Positions 25,340-38,394 of a DNA stretch of 64,000 nucleotides are shown here, one piece after another. This stretch comes from Octopus vulgaris (taxonomy: Eukaryota): the NCBI GenBank assembly GCA_951406725.2, contig OX597828.1:61938001-62002000 (forward strand), in the 5' to 3' direction. The notes under the pieces are model-generated. The model ran no database searches and was not told the DNA's origin. It saw nothing but the letters and a program-made list of their open reading frames with translations. Made by a program: the position numbers and the translations under genes. Position 1 is the stretch's first letter. Each line of letters opens with the position of its first letter.

Positions 25340-26361
25340 TTTTCTACTATAGGCATAAGGCCTGGATTTTTGTGATGGAGAGAACAATCGATCACATCGA
25401 CTCCAGTACGTAACTGGTACTTAATTTATCGATCCCAAAAGGATGAAAAGCAAAGTCGACCTTGGCGGAATTTGAACTCAGAACGTAGCGACAGAGGAAA
25501 TACCTATTTCTTTTTTTTTACTACCCACATGGGGCTAAACACAGAGAGCACAAACAAGGACAGACAACCGATTTAAGTCGATTATATCGACCCCATTGCG
25601 TAACTGGTACTTAATTTATCGACCCCGAAAGGATGAAAGATAAAGTCGACCTCGGCAGAAATTGAACTCAGAACGTACGGCAGACGAAATACCGCTAAGC
25701 ATTTCGCCCCGCGTGCTAATGATTCTGCCAGCTCACCCGCTAAGCATTTCGTCAAGCGTGTAACGATTCTTATTTCTTTATCGCTCACAAAGGGCTAAAC
25801 ATAGAGGGGACAAACAAGGACCGACAAAGGGATTAAGTCGATTACATCGACACCAGTGCGTAACTGATACCTAATTTATCGACCCCAAAAGGATGAAATC
25901 CAAAGTCGACCTCGGCGGAATTTGAACTCAGAACGTAACGATAGAAATACCTATTTCTTTACTACCCACAAGGGGCTAAACACAGAGAGCACAAATAAGG
26001 ACAAACAAACGGATTAAGTCGATTACATCAACCCAGTGCGTAACTGATACTTATTTAATCGACCCCGAAAGGATGAAAGGCAAAGTCGATCTCGGCGGAA
26101 TTTGAACTCCGAACGTAGCGGCAGACAAATACCTATTTCTTTTTCTTTACTACCCACAAGGGGCTAAACACAGAGGGGACAAACAAGGACAGACAAACGG
26201 ATTACATCGACCCCAGTGCGTAACTGGTACTTAATTTATCGACCCCAAAAGGATGAAAGGCAAAGTCGATATCGGCGGAATTTGAACTCAGAACGTAGCG
26301 GCAGACGAAATACCGCTAGGCATTTCGCCTGGCGTTCTAGCGTTTCTGCCAGATCGCCGCC

Positions 26362-26362
<1 letters not shown>
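25340..26362 (-). mobile_element. Tandem/nested array of about five SINE family C units
   Basis: Repeated ~180-bp units (atcgaccccagtgcgtaactggtacttaatttatcgaccccgaaaggatgaaaggcaaagtcgacctcggcggaatttgaactcagaacgtagcg). SINE heads at ~25738 and 26362. Further copies at 31670-32056 and 41920-42180. Confidence 0.85.
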
Positions 26363-26451
<89 letters not shown>

Positions 26452-26468
26452 TAATAATAATAATAATA

Positions 26469-26526
<58 letters not shown>

Positions 26527-26532
<6 letters not shown>

Positions 26533-26868
26533 ACGTCTTCTCAACGATTAGCCAGAGATGATTTTTAAAATGAGAATATCTAAAATAAACTCAACCGCTC
26601 TCACAAACGAGAATGCTAAAAATGAACCCAACCGCACTCAAAAACTAAGTTTAAAAAAAATAACGGTAAAATAATCCAGAATCCTTGCCCGGTACCAGAT
26701 CGATCCCAAAATCTAATCAGTTCGTGCTAGTCACAAGGCCAAACATCCCTGAAAGTTTCATCCGAATCCATCCAACGGTTCTTGAGATATTTTGTCCACG
26801 GACAAACAAACAAACAAACAAACACGAGTGCAAACAATACGTCCACCTTGGCGAAGGCGGAGGTAACA
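26527..26868 (+). mobile_element. Non-autonomous Helentron-associated element (HINE / DINE-1-like)
   Basis: Typical layout aagtttcatccgaatccatcca...ttgagatatt...(ACAA)n...3' stem-loop ccaccttggcgaaggcggaggtaa. Family assignment is from recalled architecture. Confidence 0.55.
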
Positions 26869-27239
26869 ATGATATTAATAACAACGGCAATACACCCGCG
26901 CGCACCTACGAAATTATTGAAACAAGCTGAAAATGACGTTTACAAATCGATCCAAAGTTTTCTACACTTGTTCGCCTTTCGCGTACCTGGGCAGCGATAC
27001 CTTTCTATTCAGCGTCTATGTACTTATATGCACATTTCTCTTTATATACGCATGTTCGAGTGTGTGAATGTACTGAATACCCTTTGAGAACAGTTTTATT
27101 GTTTGTAAGCGGGATTTTCGCTGTTACTCATAGTTTGGCGTATGGATACATCATCACAGCATGGCGAAATACACTCAATCTCATATAGGAAAAGAGTAAG
27201 GAACACACATAGAAACATATGCTTACATACACACACACA

Positions 27240-27341
27240 TACGTAAATGTATGTGTATATATATAAATATATACATATGATATACACATATACATATAAT
27301 ATATATATATGATATACACATATACATATGATATACACATA

Positions 27342-27389
<48 letters not shown>

Positions 27390-27430
27390 GATATACACAT
27401 ATACATATAATATATATATATGATATACAC

Positions 27431-27468
<38 letters not shown>

Positions 27469-27581
27469 GATATACACATATACATATAATATATATATAT
27501 GATATACACATATACATATAATATATATATATACATATGATATACACGTATACATATAATATATATATATATGATATACAC

Positions 27582-27623
<42 letters not shown>

Positions 27624-27749
27624 GATATACACATATACATATAATATATATATATGATATACACATATACATATAATATATATATATATATATATACATA
27701 TGATATACACGTATACATATAATATATATATATATATGATATACACATA

Positions 27750-27782
<33 letters not shown>

Positions 27783-27796
27783 ATATACACATATAC

Positions 27797-27837
<41 letters not shown>

Positions 27838-27881
27838 GATATACACATATACATATAATATATATATATGATATACACATA

Positions 27882-27913
<32 letters not shown>

Positions 27914-27958
27914 ACATATGATATACACATATACATATAATATATATATGATATACAC

Positions 27959-28000
<42 letters not shown>

Positions 28001-28282
28001 GATATACACATATACATATAATATATATATATGATATACACATATACATATAATATATATATATATACATATGATATACACGTATACATATAATATATAT
28101 ATACATATGATATACACATATACATATAATATATATATATATATGATATACACATATACATATGATATATATATATATATATATATATATGATATACACA
28201 TATACATATAATATATATATATATATATACATATGATATACACATATACATATAATATATATATATATATATACATATGATA

Positions 28283-28320
<38 letters not shown>
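27240..28320. repeat. Compound minisatellite, unit GATATACACATATACATATAA(TA)n
   Basis: Dozens of copies with variable (TA)n spacers; explains the three spurious ~400-aa ORFs. Confidence 0.95.
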
Positions 28321-28322
<2 letters not shown>

Positions 28323-28597
28323 CACACACACACAGGCATATGATATTATAAAGCAAAGTAGGGTTGATCGTGAAAGTCTTCAAAGCCGACACATTCTAAT
28401 GAATTGAGTGGCCTTTGAAGTAAATACTGAGACAGTATAGTGAAACATCATGATAATGAGAGTTAATGAGTCACACTAACGAATCATAACAAGTCACGGT
28501 GTGTTCACACGAAGAAGTGTTAGATAATTTGTCTGTTTATCAACCTCTAATTTAGCATGGTATCAGAGTGAGGATGTGCATGCTAATATATGTGACG

Positions 28598-28642
<45 letters not shown>

Positions 28643-29727
28643 CACGCTCATGGAAGAAAGTAAGAAATTCGAGTGCTTATGATGGGCTAAGAGTATATAG
28701 GCGATGTGAGAAACAGGAAGAAAGAATGAGAAAAAAATGTGGTGAAAGAGTACAGCAGGGTTCGCCACCATCCCCTGCCGGAGCCTCGTGGTCTTAGTAC
28801 GTTTTCGCTCAATAAACACTCACAACGCCCGGTCTGGGAATCGAAACCGTGATCCCGCGACCCCGCTGCTCTAACCACTGAGCCATTGCGCCTCCATGTA
28901 TAATTGGTATACTTGTAAATACTCACACACATATATATGCAAATGTGTATGTATATTTGAATGTATGTATAAACGAGTGTGTAAAGGCGCGTGGCTTAGT
29001 GGTTGGGGCATTCGGCTCACGATCGTATAGTCGTGAGTTCAATTCCCGGCGGCGCGTTGTGTCCTTGAGCAAGACACTTTATTTCACGTTGCTCCAGTCG
29101 ACTCAGGTGGCCTTGTCACACCCAGTGTCACGCTAAATCTGCCCGAGAACTACGTTAAGGGTACACGTGCCTGTGGAGCGCTCAGCCACTTGCACGTTGA
29201 TTTCACGTACAAGCTATTCCGTTGATCGTATCAGCTGGGACCCTCGTCGTCGCAACTGACGGAGTGCTCCTATACACGAGTGTGCATATGTGTGTGTGTG
29301 TGTCCGTGCTATTTGTGTATGTGTGTATATGTATATATGTGTATGTGAACGCTTGGTGCGACTGTCCGCGTGTCTGCGGTTTTGTTAGTCTCCTGACTGC
29401 TCCAGAACGAGTGTTGGTTCGTCTGCGCCGATTTGGATCGGCTCCATTTCATTGACGAAACCCTTCAAGCGGTGCTTCAATGGAGCCACAATCACTGAGG
29501 CCAGTAAAAGACGATAATTGGGTGTCTGCGTGCATGTATTCTTTTATTCTTTTATGTTTCAGTTATTTGACTGCGGCCATGCTGGAGCACCGCCTTTAGC
29601 CGCACAAATCGACACCAGTACTTATTCTGTCGGTAACTTTTGCCAAACCGCTAAGTTACGGGGACGAACACAGACACACAAACACATACAAACATACATA
29701 CATACATACATACACACACACATATAC

Positions 29728-29884
<157 letters not shown>

Positions 29885-30261
29885 ATTCCAAGAGAGTTAG
29901 AGGTTGTGAATCCAACCAACTAAGGGATACTATCTATCCAATGTGCAGCTGATAGAATACCCAATTATTAATACACAAGTGTTTATTCATTGCATGGGAA
30001 GTACACTACTGAATGTAATAAATGGGTGAGGGTAAAAAGTTGTTTTACCCTTAATGTATACGGCAATAAGAAAATAGAAGGGAATCAAGAGGTGGTATTC
30101 ATCAACTTTTAGACATTATATTATGTCTATTTATTAATTACTAATTTTTAGAAAAGCAATTATAGCAATATACATACATGTATAACATATTATGCTTTAC
30201 ATGTATAAAAATACCAGTAATTATTAAAATATATAACGTAGAGCATAGAAAGTAGGATAGT

Positions 30262-30385
30262 CCCTTACAACTGTTTCAGACAAGAGGTCATAGAACCCCA
30301 TTTTACTTCCATCCCTTCAGTGAACTGAAGTATTAGGTAGCTAAGATTAAGGTACTTGAATGTGCCTCTAGGCGTCGTCAGAGAG
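30262..30385 (-). ncRNA. Hammerhead-like motif with an extended helix II
   Basis: ctct-CTGACGA-cgcctagagg-(~75 nt)-cctcttgtct-GAAA-cagttg-TA-aggg. Confidence 0.45.
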
Positions 30386-30638
30386 TTTAGAAGGTTCATA
30401 AGGTTAAGTCATAAATATAAATACATACATATATACACACTTTTACATATACATACATATACATAAATATACATAAATACATATCTTTACATTTATATAT
30501 ATATATGTATATGCATACAACGGAATCAATTATTATTATTATTATTAAAGTTAATCCAAACAAGAAAGCACAAAAAACACAACAACGGGAGGACGTGGAA
30601 CAAATATTGGACGCTCAGGAAGGAAGGGAAGAAGGAGG

Positions 30639-30673
30639 GTTTAACGTTTCGAGCGGAGTTCTTCGTCGGAAAC
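30639..30673 (-). ncRNA. Minimal hammerhead-like motif (U4>C, probably decayed)
   Basis: gttt-CCGACGA-agaactccgctc-GAAA-cg-TT-aaac. Confidence 0.55.
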
Positions 30674-30805
30674 ATGGGAGAAGGAAAGATCCAGAGAAGG
30701 GAAGACAGAGGAAAAAAAACAGGTGTATTATATTATTCTTATTAGATAAAGTATAAACAGAGGAAAGAAAAATTATCAAAAGAGAAATAATAGTGGAATT
30801 TAAAT

Positions 30806-30999
30806 AGAAAATTCTAACTGGGCCCCACTTGCAAGGTCAAGTGCTGTTTATCTTGATATGAGATCACCATATCGCACACATATGGTTGTGATGCATGTGC
30901 CTAGTGTACCCTTATCAGACGGGTAGTCATGATGGGTATACTGGGCTTCGTATATTTTACCCCGGTGTCACTTTGATGGTATGCACTGTTCTCTCACTC

Positions 31000-31045
<46 letters not shown>

Positions 31046-31589
31046 TACCAGGCAGTGGCTCTCATGGCTTCTGATCTTAACTGATTGGAAGTGTTATCAT
31101 GTACATTGTTTTGTCTTGGTATAAAAGATGGGCTACAGCAAATATTCTGCTCAATACCACAGATTTGCTTGACAGTTGTTTGACCTTAACCAGTTGAGCA
31201 TGTCCCTTAGTGGCTGACAATACGTGCATCTCTGATCATGAGCAGAAGTAGTGGGGGAGCATCATAGCCATGTGTTGAGAGGGATTCTTTGGGGTTTGAA
31301 TAGTTCACCTCTGGAAACATGGGTGGTTCTTTCAACATCCTTAAACAACCCTTATTCAGAGATCGTTTGAGCGGGATGGGCTACTCAACCTGAAGAAAAT
31401 TCTAACTGGGCGCCCCACCTGCAAGGTCATGTGCTGTTTATCTTGATATGAGATCACCATGTCGCGCACATATGGTTGTGATGCATGTGCCTGGTGTACC
31501 TTTATCAGACGGGTAGTCATGATGGGTATATTGGGCTTCGTATATTTTACCCCAGTGTCATTTTGATGGCATGAACTGCTCTGTCACTC

Positions 31590-31590
<1 letters not shown>
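30806..31590 (+). mobile_element. Two copies (one 5'-truncated) of a non-coding retroposon ending in (AAT)n
   Basis: 30806-31000 matches 31396-31590; both end ...tcactc(AAT)n. The longer copy, 31045-31590, has no recognisable ORF. Confidence 0.75.
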
Positions 31591-31653
<63 letters not shown>

Positions 31654-32054
31654 TGAATATGAATAATCTTTTCGTCTATAGGCTCAATGCCTGGAATTTG
31701 TGGGGAGGGGATAGTTGATAACATCTTCACTGGTACTTAATGTATCGACCTGGAAAGGGTGAAAGGCAAAGTCGACCTCGTTGAAATTTGAACTCAGAAC
31801 ATAGTAACGGGCGAAATACCGCTAAGTATTTCGTCCAGCCTGCTGAGGATTCTGCCTCCTCACCGCCTTAAATGGTTTCAAATTTTGCCACAAAGGCAGC
31901 GACCCCAGTGTTCAACTGGCACTTATTTTATCGACCCCGAAAGGATGAAAGCAAAGTCAACCTCAGAGGAATGTGAACTCAAAACGTAGCGACGGGCGAA
32001 ATGCCGTTAAGCGTTTTGCCTGGGGCGTGCTAATGAGTCTACCAGCTCGCCGCC

Positions 32055-32094
<40 letters not shown>

Positions 32095-32097
32095 TGA

Positions 32098-33292
<1,195 letters not shown>

Positions 33293-33371
<79 letters not shown>

Positions 33372-33373
33372 TG

Positions 33374-33431
<58 letters not shown>

Positions 33432-33445
33432 TGATGATGATGATG

Positions 33446-33521
<76 letters not shown>

Positions 33522-33556
33522 TGATAGTAATAGTAATAATAATAATGATGATGATG

Positions 33557-33587
<31 letters not shown>

Positions 33588-33631
33588 TAATAATGATAAT
33601 AATAATGATAATAATAATAATAATAATGATG

Positions 33632-33698
<67 letters not shown>

Positions 33699-33703
33699 TG
33701 ATG

Positions 33704-33800
<97 letters not shown>

Positions 33801-33840
33801 TAGTAATAGTAATAGTAATAATGATAGTAATAATGCTGAT
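33293..33840. repeat. ~550-bp (AAT)n tract with ATG/AGT interruptions and higher-order periodicity
   Basis: Read directly from the sequence. Confidence 0.95.
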
Positions 33841-34252
33841 AATCTATCTATCTATCTACACACACACACACACTCACAGAGTTCAGCCAACACAAACCTC
33901 ACCTCGGCTCTTTAGATGTTAACCAAATATGAAAGTATTATTTGACAGGCAAGAACTCTGGCGTTGAAGACAGCCAGCCAGCCAACCACCAAGCCAGCCA
34001 ACGAGACAGACAGACACTACTGTGATGGTGATAATGATTTTAAAAAAATAACAATAAGATACTGCTGTGACTACACATAAAACAATATCATTGATGATGA
34101 TGATGATGATGATGATGGTGATGGTGATGATAATAATGATGATGGTAATGGTGGTGATAATGATGATAGTGATAATAATGGTGATGATAATAACAATAAT
34201 AAACCGACTACGGCTGCTATAATGGTACGATTATAATTGTAACGGCAATGAT

Positions 34253-36710
34253 GGCCGTCTCCCCACGAGCCAATCAAAGCTCAAAAATGATAACATTATC
34301 GTAGCACCAAAACGTTTTTGGAAACTAAAAGGAAAACTAAATCAGCATACCAAATCGCTTGTCCTATGGTTAATCTGGAAGCGCGTCCCCCAGGGAAGAG
34401 CCAGCCTGGGATTGAAAAGTCATCAACTGGCACAAACTCTTCTCCGAATACGGACATGGATGGTCACTTGAACGAGAAATCCCCCAACTCGAGCCCTCCA
34501 AGTTCACCACCACAACCACCACAGAAAGAAAAAAAGAGAAGAACGATATTTTCCCCATTGAACAAAAAGGGTGCCGCTGAGGCTCATACGGATGCAAAGA
34601 TCAACTGCTAATTAATCGTATGATCCTTGAGAACTGTCACAACAAGCGCAGAAATCTCAGCTCCGCATGGATTGACTATAAAAAAGGCCTTCGACAGTAT
34701 ACCGCATTCATGGATCTTGAGATCGCTGGACATCTTCAAAATTTCCCCTGTGATTTCAAACTTCCTGAAGCACAATATGTCGTTGTGGAATACGAATCTC
34801 CAATTATACCACTCTAATGGAGTACTTGCCTCAGAAAATATAAACATCAACTGTGGAATTTTTCAAGGTGACTCACTTTCACCTTTAATATTCTGCATAG
34901 CCCTAATACCCCTTACAAGTGAATTAAACAGAACAGGGTATGGGTATAAAATTACCAATGAAAAAATAAGCCATCTATTTTATATGGATGACTTAAAACT
35001 CTATGGTAAAGACAATAATGAACTTGAAGGCCTATTGCGCACTGTGAAAGCATTCAGTGATGACAACGGGATGGAGTTTGGGCTTGAGAAGTGTGCCAAG
35101 GCCACTTTCCAGAAAGGGAAAGTGAAGACCACAAATTCAGTCGTGTTAGATGTTGACACAGTCATAAGAGAGCTTGAGCAAGAACAAACCTACAAATATT
35201 TAGGGATAAATGAAAGCTCTGATATTCAGCATGAAAGCATGAAAGAGAAGATCAGGAAGGAATGTTATAGGAGAGTTCGAGCAGTCCTGAAATCTGAACT
35301 AAATGCACGTAACAAGGTGTTAGCTATAAATTCCTTAGCAGTTCCAGTTGCTACTTATAGCTACAATGTGTTGAACTGGAATATGAGTGAAGTAAAGAAA
35401 ATAGATAGGAAAATACGCAAGCTGCTGAGTTGTAATAGGATGCACCACCCAAAGGCAGACGTAGATCGCCTTTACCTCCCCAGAGCCCAAGGAGGTCGAG
35501 GCCTGATCCAATTTGAACTAGCTTACAAAACAACCACAATTGGACTGGCCAAATATCTTGAAATAACGAATGACTGGATGCTAAAGCTCGTGGAAAATCA
35601 CGAGAGACGAAAGAAGCTTCATTCTATCATAAAGGAAAGCAAAAAATTTGCTATTGATCTCGTGCAGGATACCCAAACTGAACAACCCGAGGGAAGTATG
35701 GCAACTATTGTTGCAAAGGTGAAAATAATGGCAACGAAAAAAGCGCACGAGCAATTGGCTGATAGGTGGGAGGAGAAACCTCTGCACGGCAAATATGTGG
35801 CCCGCAGCAAACAAGCTGATGTTGACCAGAAGCAAACCCATCAGTGGCTACGGAGCTCAGGGCTAAAAGCAGAGAGTGAAGTTTTCATCCTGGCTGCTCA
35901 AGATCAAAGCCTATTAACCTGGAACTACCTGGCCAATGTGATGAAAAATGGAGCAGACCCAAAATGCCGATTCTGCAACGACATGATTGAAACAGTGGAC
36001 CACCTAATCTCTGGATGTAAAGTCTTAGCACCAGTGGAGTATAAATTAAGACATGACAGAGTTGGCCAATATCTACACTGGCTAATAAGTCGGCATTACA
36101 ATATCAAAACTGCCGACAAGTGGTATAATCACCACCCTGAGGCTGTAACTGAAGGAGAAAATGTAACGATTCTGTGTGATTCCAGTACATACAGACCGAA
36201 CCATCAATGTCAATAAACCAGATATCGTTGTGAAAGACCAAAACAATAAAGTTTGCTTATTGATCGACATGAGCATCCCCTGTGATCATAATATCTCAGC
36301 GAAATAGTTTGACAAGCTCAGAAAATATAAAGACCTACTCATTGAAATTGAGAAAATGTGGCATCTCAAGGCGATTACAATACCAGTGATCGTAGGAGCA
36401 CTAGGAATGATCAAGAAGGGAACCGAAAATTATATGAGAATGATCCCTGGCTTACCATCCCAGCAAGAAGTGCAAAAGATTGTCTTAACTGGTACATCAC
36501 ACGTATTGAGAAGAGCATTGTCGATGTGAGAATTATTACTACCCATGTATTTTAATTTAACTTAAGAAAAAATTAATTTTTTTTAATGAACGAACTATTG
36601 AGTTTAGTTTAATGGCCTACCAATGTATACTATGAGTTTCTTTGCCCTAGGAGTCGGGAAGACATTCGGCAAGAAATGGAAGCAAATTTGAAAGAAGAAA
36701 AAAAAAATAA
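34253..36710 (+). mobile_element. R4/Dong family 2 retrotransposon, internally deleted (5' end joined to the RT domain), frameshifted
   Basis: ORF 34627-36216 contains KKAFDSIPHSWI, GIFQGDSLSP, HLFYMDDLKL, YKYLG, GGRGL, AAQDQ, CRFC...HLISGC and RHD; the REL domain follows in another frame; (TAA)n tail. Confidence 0.92.
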
Positions 36711-36734
36711 AATAATAATAATAATAATAATTAA

Positions 36735-38240
36735 TTCGTTTATTGGCCACAAGGGCTGACAAAAATTAATTAAACCATAAAGGGACAAAACACAGGACGA
36801 AAGTTACAAAGGGTTTTGTCTGTTTACAAAAAAAAACGTGTACAAAAGCAGGATAACAACGAAAATATAACAACTGAAATTCCCAATAGGGGGAGGCCCT
36901 TCGAAAGGTTACTCGTGGAAAAACCCATAAAAGCTACGGGAGCCTGGTCAAAAGTGGGGTAGAGAGCCCCTTTCTCCTTTTATAATACTTTTTTTTATAC
37001 TACAGGTGTATCCTCAGAATTGGTTCATTTATACTGGCCATTCTTGTGACATTTACCCACCTTTCAGTAAACTTGCTATTGGACAGCACTTTCCTCTCTA
37101 CTCTCACCTTCCTTTTCAAGTGGAATTTGAAAAAGTTGAAGAGGCCCTGGCCAAAGAGGAAAGTGTCTGACCTTAGCCCTTTCAAACGGGTCCACCATAC
37201 CAGCTCTTTCGCTACAGCCACTAGGCAAAGGAAAACGGCCTTTCCCTCCTTGTTAAAGGAGGTCGACGGGGCAATCCTCACTATGGATTCAGCTGATAGC
37301 CGGATCCGTCCTATACGCGACAGTAGCTGTTCGACATAAACCCATAGTTCAGCAATACTAGGGCACTGGACGAATGCGTGCAGAACGGTTTCGTTGTCCT
37401 GGGCGCACCTCGGGCAGGCCCGTAGAGTTTATCTCGAACAGGCAGAGCCCCTCGGTGGCACTGCCAGGCGAGGGACTTTTGGAAATTGTCCATTGGCCCC
37501 GGCCCGAAAGTCCTTCAGAACAGACCGCTCAACTCGATATCGTCAACGCCTAGAGTTTCCCCAAGAACGTCGTCGCACTTTTCTTCCACTAACCCTCTAT
37601 AGAACGCTAGAGTGGAAACACGACCGATAGCATTGCCCGCTTGGTGGAGGGCGGAGAGAGCTTGACGGCACTCGAGGTGCCAAGCGCCCTTTCTCGGTCT
37701 GCGTTTGATCCAGGTTTGCAGCTCTGTCAAAGAGACGAGCTGCGGAAAGTCGCGTCTGACAAAAGACGACCACACCTGTTCACAGCCTAGGAAACACTTG
37801 AGATGCTGTAGCCTGAGCGCATGTCTGCGCATCAGTAACCACGGCATGCCAAGGCCTCCGTTCAGCGGCCGTTGACAGCAGATGGATCGCCTGACCAGTA
37901 GTACCTGACCGTTCCACAAAAAGTCAAAGAGCAAGCGCACCAGCTTGGCCAACCAGCGGTTGGGACAAGAGACGACGGTCAAGTGGTAATAGATGACGGA
38001 TGCGATGTACGCATTCGCCACTTCCCATTTCTGGGTGAGATTGGCCACCCTGCTCGTCACTTCTTCTTAGTTTTTATCCACCTGGAGGTCCGGACCGAAC
38101 CAAACCCCGAGCAGTTTAACGGGTCCGTCAGTCCAGCGCCCTACGACGCTGTTGGACGGCATGAACTTGCCTCTCCAGGTGCCCAGTTGCAAGCCCACAA
38201 ACTTTTCCGCGTTAATCTTTGCACCTGCCATGCCGTTGAG
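36735..38240 (-). mobile_element. 5'-truncated Tx1-clade LINE (ORF2 C-terminal half)
   Basis: KLLGVWFG, EVANAYIAS, NGGLGMP, SLAWQCHRGALPVRDKL; homologous to 60036-61320. Confidence 0.85.
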
Positions 38241-38281
38241 TGTTTTGCCCGGCGTGCTAACCATTCTGCCAGCGCGCCGCC

Positions 38282-38394
<113 letters not shown>

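Noticed and set aside
25390-26300. CRISPR-like repeat/spacer appearance
   Set aside because: The units are ~180-bp SINE copies whose intervening segments are homologous to each other; the context is eukaryotic and there are no cas genes.
27096-28392. Three ~400-aa ORFs rich in Y/I/C/M
   Set aside because: Translations of a TA-rich minisatellite, not genes. The same applies to the many poly-I, poly-N, HT, CV and YI ORFs elsewhere in the window.
34240-34300. HDV-like ribozyme at the 5' end of the Dong element
   Set aside because: I could not assemble P1/P2/P3/P1.1 pairings convincingly by eye.
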